Sequence record: DRR723986_6706
Direction: 5' to 3' (one strand)
Length of the DNA stretch: 33,512 nucleotides
The position numbers and the translations under genes are program-made. Positions 18,858 to 29,867 of the stretch are shown here, piece after piece. The notes under the pieces are model-generated. The model saw only the letters and a list, made by a program, of their open reading frames with translations, was not told the origin of the DNA and searched no databases. The stretch's first letter is position 1; each line of letters opens with the position of its first letter.

Positions 18858-20900
18858 TCAATCGTCGCGACGCTCAACCAGCGTCATGATGTCGTACACA
18901 GCAACGGGTTCGTTATGTTGATTAACAACTTCGATAGCCCACTGCACAACACCGTTGGCTTTTTCGTCACCACGTTTTGCTTTTTTGATCTTCTTTTTCA
19001 CTGTCAGTTTGGCTTGGATCGTGTCGCCGATTCCCACCGGCTCAATAAAGCGCAGACTCTCCAGACCATAGTTGGCAATAACCGGCCCCTTGCCGGGATC
19101 AACGAACATGCCTGCTGCGGCGGAAAGCACAAAGTATCCGTGAGCGACGCGCTTACCAAAGAACGAGTCTTGGGCAGCAATCTCGTCGAAGTGGGCATAG
19201 AAATGATCACCGCTGATACAACCGAAGTTAACAATATCGGCTTCCGTCACTGTACGGCGATGTGTTACCAGCGTTTCGCCAATAACGAGATCTTCAAAAT
19301 ATTTTCGGAACGGATGTACGCCATCAGATTCCACCAAGGCGCCGCGATGGTATTCAGACGTGACCGCCATTAGTGAGCCAGGTGAACCCTGAATTGCTGT
19401 GCGCTGCATATAGTGCTTAACAGCCCGCAGGCCGCCCAGCTCTTCACCACCACCCGCGCGTCCCGGACCGCCATGGACCAACGGCATCAATGGCGAGCCA
19501 TGACCTGTAGATTCTTTCGCGCAATCGCGATTCAGGATAAGCATACGGCCGTGCCATGCGGCCGCCGAGGTAACCAGCTTCTTGGTTTCGACGTTGTCGT
19601 AGCTGTAAACAGATGCGACCAGACTACCCTTGCCTAGCTTGGCAATATCAATGGCGTCGTCCAACTCGTCGTAAGGCATAACGGTAGTGACCGGACCGAA
19701 GGCTTCAACTTCGTGCACCAGTGTCTTTTCAAACGGACGGTCGCAATACAACACGGTTTTTGGATAGAACGCGCCTTTGTTCTTGTCTGCACCGATGACC
19801 TCAAAGTCATCGCTGCCGCCGTGTACTATTTCGCACTCTTGAGTCAGGCGGGCGACCTGTTCCGCCACATCACGTACCTGATCGCGACTGATCAACGCCC
19901 CCATGCGAACACCTTCCTGGGAGGCATCGCCCATCGCGATCTTATCCAGCTTTGTCGACAAACCATCAATGACTGCTTTAACCTTTTCACGCGGCACAAT
20001 CACACGGCGAATAGCCGTACATTTCTGACCGGCCTTGATGGTCATTTCTTTACTGATTTCCCGTAAGAACAAGTCGAACTCAGGGTCGTCTTCCGACACC
20101 GTTTTACCCAGGATGGCGGCATTGAGAGAATCCGCTTCCATAGTAAATGGGATGGAGTTTTCAATAATGTTGGGATGCGTGCGCAGCTTTCGCCCGGTAC
20201 TGGCCGAACCAGTAAACGTCACCACATCCTGCTCATTCAGGTGTTCGAGCAAATCCCCAACCGAGCCACAAATAATCTGGATTGCACCTGCAGGAAAATA
20301 GCCACCATCAACGATATCTCTGACCATGGCTTCTGAAAGATAAGCGCTGGGCGTTGCGGGCTTAACAATCACAGGAACCCCGGCAATCAAACTGGGAGCG
20401 ATTTTTTCCAGCATCCCCCAAATCGGAAAATTAAACGCATTGATATGTACCGAGACACCCGGCTTAGACGTGAGAATGTGTCTCCCCAGAAAACTACCGT
20501 GTTTAGATAGCGTTTCCGTCTCCCCCTCAACCAGCACGGTATCGTTTGGCAGCTCGCGGGTAGCAAGGCTTGCATAAGAAAAAACTGTACCCAAACCACC
20601 TTCAATATCGACCCATCCATCAGCACGGGTTGCCCCAGTCTGTGCGGAGATTTCGTAGAACTTCTCCTTGTCAGCCATCAACGCCTTAGCCATGTTCTTC
20701 AGAGCCAGCGCGCGATCATGGAAGGTCATTTCACGAAGGGCTTTGCCACCGACTTCGCGACCGAAGCGAACCACTTCCGCGAAATTGATGCCTTCACTAC
20801 TGACGTGACAAACGGCTTCACCAGTGACGGCATTAAATGTTTCTACCCCTTGGCTGGTGCCCTCGTACCACTTTCCACATACGTAGCTGCTGAGCTTCAT
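18858..20900 (-). CDS. paaZ: Bifunctional oxepin-CoA hydrolase/aldehyde dehydrogenase
   Basis: [35 protein letters not shown]-terminal MaoC domain (GDHFYAH, RVAHGY). Confidence 0.96.
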   Translation of the reverse strand: MKLSSYVCGKWYEGTSQGVETFNAVTGEAVCHVSSEGINFAEVVRFGREVGGKALREMTFHDRALALKNMAKALMADKEKFYEISAQTGATRADGWVDIEGGLGTVFSYASLATRELPNDTVLVEGETETLSKHGSFLGRHILTSKPGVSVHINAFNFPIWGMLEKIAPSLIAGVPVIVKPATPSAYLSEAMVRDIVDGGYFPAGAIQIICGSVGDLLEHLNEQDVVTFTGSASTGRKLRTHPNIIENSIPFTMEADSLNAAILGKTVSEDDPEFDLFLREISKEMTIKAGQKCTAIRRVIVPREKVKAVIDGLSTKLDKIAMGDASQEGVRMGALISRDQVRDVAEQVARLTQECEIVHGGSDDFEVIGADKNKGAFYPKTVLYCDRPFEKTLVHEVEAFGPVTTVMPYDELDDAIDIAKLGKGSLVASVYSYDNVETKKLVTSAAAWHGRMLILNRDCAKESTGHGSPLMPLVHGGPGRAGGGEELGGLRAVKHYMQRTAIQGSPGSLMAVTSEYHRGALVESDGVHPFRKYFEDLVIGETLVTHRRTVTEADIVNFGCISGDHFYAHFDEIAAQDSFFGKRVAHGYFVLSAAAGMFVDPGKGPVIANYGLESLRFIEPVGIGDTIQAKLTVKKKIKKAKRGDEKANGVVQWAIEVVNQHNEPVAVYDIMTLVERRDD

Positions 20901-21001
20901 AGAACTGACTCCAATGCGCGAATTTTCCAGTCTTTATTAGCGGCACCCGTCGAACAGTGCCGAATTATTCAGGCGATCGATGAATCGGCCTTTTTCATTA
21001 T

Positions 21002-21039
21002 GATACATAATTTTTACCTTTGGACAAGTTTTATGTAAC
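21002..21039. promoter_or_regulatory. Probable PaaX operator in the divergent paaZ / hydratase-dehydrogenase intergenic region
   Basis: GATACA-N26-TGTAAC, one mismatch from the GATACA-N26-TGTATC operator I recall for Pseudomonas PaaX; extends to TGATACATAA/TTATGTAACA. Confidence 0.7.
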
Positions 21040-21087
21040 ATATGAATCATCGAGAAGACGCTACATCACCGCAACAGGGGCACAGAT

Positions 21088-23196
21088 ATGTCTGCAGAAA
21101 ACCCGTCAATATCTTTAGAATCAGCCAGTTACGAGATCATCGACGGGATTGCCGTCACCGCAATCAACAATCCACCCATCAACGCCATTTCAGCGACCGT
21201 GCGACGCTCCCTGCTCGCCGCACTAAAAAAAGCAGAAGAAGATGGTGCGTCATTGCTGATGATTTACTGTGAGGGGAATACCTACATTGCCGGTGCAGAC
21301 ATCTCCGAATTCGGTAAACCACAGGACTTCCCACAGCTCCCAGATGTTGTTGCAGCGATTGAGAACGCGACTATTCCAGTCATGGTCGCCATGCACGGCA
21401 ATGCTCTGGGCGGTGGGCTTGAGATAGCGATGGCCGGACACTACCGAAGCGCCCTAAGCGGCACCAAACTGGGCCTTCCAGAAGTTAAGCTGGGAATACT
21501 GCCGGGATCGGGAGGCACCCAGCGATTACCTCGATTGGTCGGCGCCGAGAAAGCGCTCGCAATGATATTGGAGGGTAAATCCATTAGCGCGGAGGAAGCA
21601 CTTCAGGCTGGTCTGATCGACCGCACCCTCGACGGAGATCTCCGCGAATCAGCACTTAGCTATGCCAGAGAACTGGTACAAGCCAACGCATCGACCAGGC
21701 GTACCGGCCAGCTGTCAGTGGAAAACCCGGCACCCGAGTTGTTTGCTGCAGCGCGTGCAAAACAGGAGAAAAGTCGCAGCCAACTGCTTGCCCCTAACTA
21801 CATTATCGACCTTATCGAAGCGGCAACATGCAGCTCTATAGAACTAGGTCAAAAGCTGGAGCGCGAACGGTTTGTAGAGTGCCGCGCCTCGTCGGGCTCC
21901 CAGTCACTTCGTCACCTATTCTTCGCGGAGCGCACTGCCGCCAAGCCCAAGGGGATTGGCAACGATATCCCGCCGCGCAGCATTGACCGGGTTGCCGTTA
22001 TTGGCGCGGGTACCATGGGGGGCGGTATCGCCATGTGTTTTGCCACCGCAGGTTACGCGGTGACATTGGTCGAGTTGAGCAGCGACAACCTGCAGCGGGG
22101 GCTTGGCGTTATACAGGGCAATTACCAAAAAGCGGTCGATCGCGGCATTACGCAAAAAACGATTGCTGAAGAGGCCTTCAGGCGTATTACAGGCACCACG
22201 GACATTGGAAATATCAGCGACGCAGACTTAGTCGTTGAGGCAACATTCGAAAGCATGGATGTCAAAAGCGATGTATTTGCCAAGCTCGATGCCATTTGTA
22301 AACCAGGCGCCATCCTCGCTACAAACACCTCGTATCTCGATATCAATGAGATCGCAAGCATGACATCACGCCCACAGGACGTAGTAGGCGCTCACTTCTT
22401 CAGTCCAGCCCACATTATGAAACTATTGGAGGTCGTCCGCAGCGATAAAACCGCACCCGATGTCATCAAAACCCTGATGCAGGTCGCTAAGCGGATCGGC
22501 AAAATCCCCGTCACAGTTGGCGTGTGCTATGGGTTTGTCGGTAACCGGATGCTTCAGAAATATGCGCGCCAAGCTCAGCTTCTCCTCATTGAAGGCGCCA
22601 CACCCGCGCAGGTCGACAATGCAATCAAAAGCTGGGGAATGGCGATGGGACCGTTGTCTGTCGCGGATCTTGCCGGATTGGATATCGGTTACTTCTCCCG
22701 TCGTAATCAGGGTATCGAGGTGGGTAGTCAGCCAGAATGCTCCGTACCCGACGAGCTAGTCGACGAAAAAAGGCTCGGAAGAAAGACACTGGCTGGATTC
22801 TACGGATACGACGCCGTTAGCGGGACACAGTTTGAAGATGACTACGTCGTCGAAAAGATAAAATCCCACTCAAATAGATGGGGAATTACCCGCCGGGCGA
22901 TCTCTGATGAAGAAATTGTTGATCGTCTTATCCTGGCACTGGTCATAGAAGGCATCAAAATTCTGGAGGAAGGCGTTGCCGATAGATCCAGCGATATCGA
23001 TGTCGTCTACGTTAACGGCTATGGCTTCCCCCGTTGGCGAGGCGGCCCAATGTTCTATGCGGAGACGATTGGACTGGAGACTGCTCTTCAGCGCATCAGA
23101 CAATTCCAGCAACAGACCTTGGATGATTTTTGGGAACCACCCACACTCCTGATCAAAGCAGCTGAGCAAGGGTCTGCAACGCTGGCTATACGCTAA
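21088..23196 (+). CDS. Fused enoyl-CoA hydratase / 3-hydroxyacyl-CoA dehydrogenase (FadB/PimF-like)
   Basis: AGADISEF, GGGLE and PEVKLG (both hydratase Glu); GAGTMG, TNTSYL, HFFSP, GFVGNR. Confidence 0.92.
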   Translation: MSAENPSISLESASYEIIDGIAVTAINNPPINAISATVRRSLLAALKKAEEDGASLLMIYCEGNTYIAGADISEFGKPQDFPQLPDVVAAIENATIPVMVAMHGNALGGGLEIAMAGHYRSALSGTKLGLPEVKLGILPGSGGTQRLPRLVGAEKALAMILEGKSISAEEALQAGLIDRTLDGDLRESALSYARELVQANASTRRTGQLSVENPAPELFAAARAKQEKSRSQLLAPNYIIDLIEAATCSSIELGQKLERERFVECRASSGSQSLRHLFFAERTAAKPKGIGNDIPPRSIDRVAVIGAGTMGGGIAMCFATAGYAVTLVELSSDNLQRGLGVIQGNYQKAVDRGITQKTIAEEAFRRITGTTDIGNISDADLVVEATFESMDVKSDVFAKLDAICKPGAILATNTSYLDINEIASMTSRPQDVVGAHFFSPAHIMKLLEVVRSDKTAPDVIKTLMQVAKRIGKIPVTVGVCYGFVGNRMLQKYARQAQLLLIEGATPAQVDNAIKSWGMAMGPLSVADLAGLDIGYFSRRNQGIEVGSQPECSVPDELVDEKRLGRKTLAGFYGYDAVSGTQFEDDYVVEKIKSHSNRWGITRRAISDEEIVDRLILALVIEGIKILEEGVADRSSDIDVVYVNGYGFPRWRGGPMFYAETIGLETALQRIRQFQQQTLDDFWEPPTLLIKAAEQGSATLAIR

Positions 23197-23336
23197 GGAG
23201 AGCCTGGGCTGGCCCGACAATCGACTTCAGCTTGCAAGTTGCCTAAACTGCCGCCTAGGCGTTGGAGGTAACAGGGCCATAACAGGCTCCAGGGTCGCTC
23301 TGTTCGCCGGTATAGAGACAAGGAAAAGAATCAGTA

Positions 23337-24269
23337 ATGCCGAAGATTACTCGAAGTCCATCACTCGTCAGCTGGATAGAACGCTATATTGCAACGGAGC
23401 AACCACGCTCAAAATCTCTGATCATTACCGTATTTGGCGATGCTATCTCGCCCTTTTCCGAAGGCATTTGGCTGGGTGAGCTTATAAAGCTCATGGAAGC
23501 TTTTTCAGTGAACGAACGCTTGGTCCGTACCAGCGCATTTCGTCTGGCGGACGAGGGCTGGCTATCGTCAAGAAAAGAGGGCAGACGTAGCTTTTACTCA
23601 CTGACCGACGCAGGAACACGGCGCTTTGAGTCGGCGTATAAGCATATTTACCAAGAGTACAGTATTGATTGGGATGGAAAATGGACCCTGGTGGTTCTGC
23701 AGAAGAACATCGAAGCCACGACAGAGCGATCTGAGCTACGGAAAGAACTTGAGTGGAATGGTTTCAGCCTTCTCTCGAACGGTATTTTCCTCCATCCCCT
23801 CGCCACCCTTGATACCGCTAGGCAAATCATTGAGCGGAATGGCTATCAAGACCTAGCTATCCTATTCAGAGCTGAGTCCGCTGGAGATAGCAATGGTTTG
23901 AACAGCCTCACGAAGATTAGGGAGAGCTGGAATCTTGAGGAGGTTGAGCACCTCTACCGGAAATTCATCAATGACTTCACGCCCGTTCTGGACCTGGTAC
24001 ATGAGGATAAACTATCACCATTAGTCGCCTTTCAATTACAAACACTCATGATCCACTCATTCCGGCGAGCAAACTTGCATGACCCACTCCTGCCCACCGA
24101 ACTGCTTCCCGAAAACTGGCCCCACACTCAAGCCTACGAGATATGCAAGGATATCTATAAGGTAACGTGTGAACATGCACACGCCTTTCTCGCCATGCAT
24201 GCAGATGTTCCGGCTGACTTGCGCAAGGGAAACAGACTGAACATTTCCGTTGTTGATCGATTTAAATAG
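23337..24269 (+). CDS. paaX: Phenylacetate catabolism repressor
   Basis: SLIITVFGD, NERLVRTSAFRL, GRRSFYSLT, DPLLPTELLPENW. Confidence 0.93.
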   Translation: MPKITRSPSLVSWIERYIATEQPRSKSLIITVFGDAISPFSEGIWLGELIKLMEAFSVNERLVRTSAFRLADEGWLSSRKEGRRSFYSLTDAGTRRFESAYKHIYQEYSIDWDGKWTLVVLQKNIEATTERSELRKELEWNGFSLLSNGIFLHPLATLDTARQIIERNGYQDLAILFRAESAGDSNGLNSLTKIRESWNLEEVEHLYRKFINDFTPVLDLVHEDKLSPLVAFQLQTLMIHSFRRANLHDPLLPTELLPENWPHTQAYEICKDIYKVTCEHAHAFLAMHADVPADLRKGNRLNISVVDRFK

Positions 24270-24276
24270 ATTCACT

Positions 24277-24389
24277 CATCTTGCTGCTGTCTTTGCCGCT
24301 TGGCTCATTTTCACACATGCTATATTCACTCACACAGCTCCCTAAGGCTGGGCTGGCTTAGCAATCGACCAAGCGCTCGAGCACAAAAG
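24277..24389 (+). repeat. Copy A of a diverged ~115-bp promoter/leader repeat
   Basis: Shares CATCTTGCT, CCGCTTGGCTCATT, ACATGCTATATTCAC, TCCCT, GCTGGCTTAGCAA, CCAAGCGC and AAAAG in order with 27692-27807. Confidence 0.85.
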
Positions 24390-24517
24390 CTCCCGCCGCG
24401 TTTTACGCTTTTTGTTCTGGTATTCGGCTTCGGCGAAGGTAAGCTGGCTCATACAGTAGTCCGGTTGAAATTGGGGCGCAGAATTATCTCAAATTACGGG
24501 GGTTATGCAGAGATTCC
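24385..24517 (-). mobile_element. IS5-family remnant (left end plus first ~22 transposase codons)
   Basis: Minus strand CTAG target (24521-24518), then GGAATCTCTGCATAAC IR-like end; ATG 24452 gives MSQLTFAEAEYQNKKRKTRREL, the typical IS5 transposase N-terminus. Confidence 0.85.
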
Positions 24518-24698
24518 CTAGCTTATCAAGACGGCGGATGAGGCTTGAAGACCCTGATATCGCGAACATGAAACTTGGGCGCTTACCGTCGCCCACCGGA
24601 TTGGACGTTACGGTAGTAGGTTGTGGGCTGGTAACAGACCTCCCTGGTTTTTATTGGCCAAACAAGCCCTTTTGTAAGCCAGAAAACCACATTAATTA

Positions 24699-24818
24699 TC
24701 AGCTTGAACCCCAAACAATTAGCCCGCCTACTGCAATAGTCAAAACGCCCCACATAGGCGGAACAATGAAAAACGCACCGATACCAACAACAATTAAACC
24801 AACACCCAATAACGGCAT
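24699..24818 (-). CDS. Small two-helix membrane protein (39 aa, absent from the ORF track)
   Basis: My translation: MPLLGVGLIVVGIGAFFIVPPMWGVLTIAVGGLIVWGSS; GAGG RBS; starts 2 nt after the upstream stop. Confidence 0.6.
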   Translation of the reverse strand: MPLLGVGLIVVGIGAFFIVPPMWGVLTIAVGGLIVWGSS

Positions 24819-24820
24819 AA

Positions 24821-25417
24821 TCAACCTCTTCCTATCAATTTATTAACTGAAAATGCTTTTAATTCTTCCCGATACTTTTCTGAATCAATCGGCGCGCGTA
24901 TTACCATATAAACAACTATTAGAATTGGTATCCAAAAAACATAAGGGTACATACCATCGACATAAATCAAGCGAATAATGACCAAAAAAACAAGCCCTAA
25001 GATGGCTATCTGGCTGGTAACTCTGTCGCCAAAAAGATAAATCCCCGCTGCAAACGAGCCTGCGTAGTACACAGCACTTGCACCGGTACCACTAAAAATG
25101 AAAATATTTATGAGCACTGAAATAACCAAATAGTCCAGAATAAGAAGCCCAAGTAAGTGCAGATTTATTTTCTGGGGAAAATTGACTAAACCTTTTAAAA
25201 CCATGAACGCAACGATTAGTGCTGAAGCTAACCCTACAAATCCCGTAGGCAGCTCAGCCCCTAAGGTGTTGGTGTGGCCAAATCCAGTCAACGCATGCCA
25301 AATATTTGAATAATCACGCTCCCATATTGGAGTAAAAAAACTATTCTGCTTGAATTTTTGCATCCCCATCATGAAAATTAACGGGGCTAATAGGAGTGCA
25401 ATAATCGACCTGAAACC
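24821..25417 (-). pseudogene. Multi-pass membrane protein, probably 5'-truncated by the IS3 element
   Basis: Several hydrophobic segments; the only upstream start (TTG 25429) lies inside the IS3 inverted repeat. Confidence 0.6.
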
Positions 25418-25425
25418 TGTAGTGG

Positions 25426-26600
<1,175 letters not shown>

Positions 26601-26673
26601 CGTTTCCACCTGACTTTCTTCGTGAGTGATCATACACTCAAAATCAGATGGCCAAATTCACTATGCCACTACA

Positions 26674-26964
26674 AGATCCAGGTCAACGGTCGTCGATTTA
26701 TCCGACTACAAAGGCGTGGATTTCAGCGCAGTTTACGCGCAAACGACACATTCGCTCGAGCGCAATAACGAAACGGAGTACCGGCTCAATAAGCTGACAA
26801 TAATGGTCAGTGAAGTCTCTACCTTAAATTCTCAGCTAGATACCTTCGCATCACTAGACTGCGACGTGGAAATTATGACGACTACGTTCAGTAAAGCTTA
26901 CTCAGGGCTAGATGAAAGGTATGAATTCTGGCAACGCAATATCAACGCGTCACAACACGGATGA
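26674..26964 (+). pseudogene. Probable 5'-truncated hypothetical gene abutting the IS3 end
   Basis: Frame open from the IS boundary to TGA 26964; the annotated start lies inside the IS. Confidence 0.45.
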
Positions 26965-26971
26965 AAGGCTT

Positions 26972-27310
26972 ATGGAAATACATTACTGCTGGCGCTGCGA
27001 TGCAAAACTCCCCTTTCTCGACGAGACAGAGTACAGCATCATTGCACCTATGCTAGGCGTTCCCGTCCCGATAGCGATCAGCCCTTCAGAGTGGAAGCTG
27101 CTTGACCAACTGCCCCTCGATCTCTTTGAGAGTATCACAGGGTACCGGCTTCATTGCCGCGGCGATATCTACCACCATCGCCTCGCACGCATGGGGCCGA
27201 AATGCGACCACTGCGGCCATCTGCTTAGATCACCCAATGCCGCGATATGCGCGCACTGCTGGACGCCTTCTGAGAGGTTTGACAACACCCATCAGACTCC
27301 CATTGTATAA
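26972..27310 (+). CDS. Hypothetical Zn-ribbon protein
   Basis: CWRC, CDHC and CAHC pairs plus HHR; AAGG RBS before ATG 26972. Confidence 0.7.
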   Translation: MEIHYCWRCDAKLPFLDETEYSIIAPMLGVPVPIAISPSEWKLLDQLPLDLFESITGYRLHCRGDIYHHRLARMGPKCDHCGHLLRSPNAAICAHCWTPSERFDNTHQTPIV

Positions 27311-27407
27311 TGGTGGTTGGATATGCCGTGCTCGACACACTGAAAACATCATAGGCCCTACGTCAGAGAGGATGACCTACACTTTAGGGATGCAAGGAGC
27401 ATAAATT

Positions 27408-27590
27408 ATGAAAATCACTGTACTCATTATTTCAGTACTGGCGATAAGCGCATGCGCGGGAACCCATTTGAATGTGAATTCGTCAGGATCAGCCTCGCTG
27501 TCGACTCCTGTGGAATTAGGCATCGCTCAGTGCCGCATTACGGCAAATGGCAGCCGTGATATTCGCTATGGCCTACATTGCGACCGGTAG
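27408..27590 (+). CDS. Small putative lipoprotein
   Basis: MKITVLIISVLAISAC lipobox; AAGGAG RBS. Confidence 0.65.
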   Translation: MKITVLIISVLAISACAGTHLNVNSSGSASLSTPVELGIAQCRITANGSRDIRYGLHCDR

Positions 27591-27691
27591 CGATTTGTAG
27601 GGCTTCGAGCAGGGCGAAGCTTCAACCTAACCTACCTCTACCGTTTGGCATGATAGCGCGGAATGGTCACAACAAAGCCTCCGCGGTATCG

Positions 27692-27807
27692 CATCTTGCT
27701 TCTGCCATTACCGCTTGGCTCATTACTTATACATGCTATATTCACCCAACCCGTCCCTCACGGGCTAAGCTGGCTTAGCAAGACATCCAAGCGCGCGAAT
27801 ATAAAAG
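27692..27807 (+). repeat. Copy B of the ~115-bp promoter/leader repeat, directly upstream of the HEPN gene
   Basis: TTGGCT-N16-TATATT with extended -10 TG; hairpins CCCGT-CCCTC-ACGGG and GCTAAG-CTGG-CTTAGC; ends in the RBS. Confidence 0.85.
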
Positions 27808-27812
27808 GACTG

Positions 27813-28463
27813 ATGATGCATGATGCACTGAAAGCAAGACACAGAGCAGTACGCGACACCTTCCCCACGAACCTAAACCTACGCATTCATCGATCCCTCA
27901 GCTGGCTAAAGGCCTCTGAATCAACAGACGATGTGGATAGCCGCTTTATTTTTCTGTGGATTGCTTTCAATGCAGCCTATGCAGTAGAGATCGATGACCG
28001 ATACCGAACCGCAGAGCAGGAAGCCTTCAAAGAGTTTATCGGCAAGCTCTGCGACTTAGATGCAGATAAAAAATTAGAAAAGCTGGTCTGGGAGGCATTC
28101 CCCAAAGCGATACGCGGACTTCTCAATAACCGCTTTGTGTTTGCTCGATTTTGGGACTATCAAAACGGGAAAATGGAAGAAAGCGATTGGAAGGATGCCT
28201 TTTCCGCTGCCAACGCGGCGGCGCATAAAGCAGTAGGTCAACGAGAAGTACAAAAGGTCATCGGTATCGTATTAAGTCGCATCTACACCCTTCGAAACCA
28301 AATCGTCCATGGCGGCGCCACTTTCGGAGGGCAAGTTAATCGTGAGCAGCTCAAAGACTGCACGAACTTCCTGAGCCACCTCATTCCTACCATCATTGAA
28401 ATTATGCTCGACTCACCTGACACGCTGTGGGGCGAGGCCTGTTATCCGGTTGTAGAGGTCTAA
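27813..28463 (+). CDS. HEPN-domain protein (putative RNase)
   Basis: R-x4-H motif RNQIVHGG and FIFLWIAFNA helix; start set at ATG 27813 after AAAAGGA. Confidence 0.75.
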   Translation: MMHDALKARHRAVRDTFPTNLNLRIHRSLSWLKASESTDDVDSRFIFLWIAFNAAYAVEIDDRYRTAEQEAFKEFIGKLCDLDADKKLEKLVWEAFPKAIRGLLNNRFVFARFWDYQNGKMEESDWKDAFSAANAAAHKAVGQREVQKVIGIVLSRIYTLRNQIVHGGATFGGQVNREQLKDCTNFLSHLIPTIIEIMLDSPDTLWGEACYPVVEV

Positions 28464-28464
28464 G

Positions 28465-29538
28465 ATGGATACAGACACCTCTTTGGCACTGATAGAGAAA
28501 GCTCGGGGCTGCCTTCTGGCCGGCGCGGTAGGCGATGCCCTCGGCGCACCAGTTGAGTTTATGTCAATCGACGAGATTGTAAGGCAGTTCGGCTCGAGTG
28601 GAATCACTGGCTATGCGCCAGCATATGATGGCACTGGAAAGATCACGGACGACACGCAGATGACGCTGTTCACCGCGGAGGGCCTTATTCGCGCGTCGGT
28701 TCGAGGGCAACGCAAAGGCATTTGTCACTTCCCTAGCGTAGTCGCTCATGCCTATCAGCGCTGGCTGCTGACACAGGGCCACTCGAACCCTGAGATATCT
28801 GCGGCTACTGACGGCTGGCTCTTCGGCATAAACGAACTCCACTCTCAACGGGCCCCCGGGATTACCTGCCTAACCGCACTGGAATCGATGTCGTATTTTG
28901 GGGAAGCTGCTATCAACGACTCCAAAGGGTGCGGTGGCGTCATGCGGGTAGCGCCTGTCGCATTCATAGGCGCCGCAACAGGAGATAACACCAACGCCAC
29001 CAGCGCCTTTGAAACAGCCGTCGAGATCTGTGCTTTGACGCATGGCCACCCCACCGGCCAACTTGCTGGCGGTTACTTTGCTGCATTGCTGACTTTGCTA
29101 AGTAACGGTGAACAACTCCTTCCCGCTGCCATTAAATGCATCGATATACTGAGAAACCACGAAAACCACTCTGAAGTCCTAACACACATTGAGCGAGCAA
29201 TTGAAAAGTCTACAGCTAGCCCGAACTGTCGAAACACACTGACAGAGCTGGGCGAAGGGTGGGTAGCCGAAGAAGCGCTAGCGATGAGCCTGTACTGCGC
29301 TTTATCGAGCGATAATCTTAAAGACGCACTGATTCTTGCGGTGAATCACTCTGGAGACAGCGACTCAACAGGAGCAATTACCGGAAACATCGTAGGCTTG
29401 ATGGCCGGAGAGCGAGCTATACCTGCGGAATGGCTTGAAACGCTAGAACTGAAGAACGTGATCACCGAGGTCGCAGAGGATTTACTTACAGCCGACAACG
29501 GGACAGACTCCTGGTGGGCGAGGTATCCAGGCCACTAA
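28465..29538 (+). CDS. ADP-ribosylglycohydrolase (DraG/ARH family)
   Basis: GAVGDALGAPVEF, ITDDTQM, SKGCGGVMR, THGHP, GDSDSTGAITG. Confidence 0.92.
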   Translation: MDTDTSLALIEKARGCLLAGAVGDALGAPVEFMSIDEIVRQFGSSGITGYAPAYDGTGKITDDTQMTLFTAEGLIRASVRGQRKGICHFPSVVAHAYQRWLLTQGHSNPEISAATDGWLFGINELHSQRAPGITCLTALESMSYFGEAAINDSKGCGGVMRVAPVAFIGAATGDNTNATSAFETAVEICALTHGHPTGQLAGGYFAALLTLLSNGEQLLPAAIKCIDILRNHENHSEVLTHIERAIEKSTASPNCRNTLTELGEGWVAEEALAMSLYCALSSDNLKDALILAVNHSGDSDSTGAITGNIVGLMAGERAIPAEWLETLELKNVITEVAEDLLTADNGTDSWWARYPGH

Positions 29539-29599
29539 CAGTTCAATGAGATCTATTGGAGGGTGATACGAAAGTCCAATACAGAGCGAGGAGAGAGCT

Positions 29600-29842
29600 A
29601 TGAAGCATTACGAGCCCATCACTAGAACAGAACACGACGTTATTGCCATCACGTGCGACGCCTGTGGCCGGTACTTTCAGGACCAAGCCGAACTACAGGC
29701 TTTTGTTCATATTGCGAAAACCGGCAGTTACGGCAATATATTTGGTGACGGCGTCGAGATTTCATGCGACCTCTGCCAACACTGCCTCAAGGAAAGGCTT
29801 GGGGATGCCATCAACACCACGCCAGTTCAGGAACGCGCCTAG
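29600..29842 (+). CDS. Small Zn-binding hypothetical protein
   Basis: CDAC and CDLCQHC motifs; GAGGAG RBS. Confidence 0.7.
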   Translation: MKHYEPITRTEHDVIAITCDACGRYFQDQAELQAFVHIAKTGSYGNIFGDGVEISCDLCQHCLKERLGDAINTTPVQERA

Positions 29843-29867
29843 ACTGTCAATTCAGGGAGGAAAGACG

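Noticed and set aside
374-23856. Numerous 60-220 aa antisense or alternate-frame ORFs overlapping the catabolic genes
   Set aside because: They overlap well-supported genes and show no recognisable motifs
24522-24620. Possible additional IS66-like end (minus strand GTAAGCGCCC from 24586)
   Set aside because: Short match only, with no partner IR or transposase remnant recognisable
24300-24846. Plus-strand ORFs 24300-24521 and 24505-24846
   Set aside because: Explained as shadows of the repeat, the IS5 stub and the minus-strand small membrane gene
27663-27812. 50-aa N-terminal extension of the HEPN ORF
   Set aside because: Overlaps the repeated promoter-like element; the better RBS precedes ATG 27813
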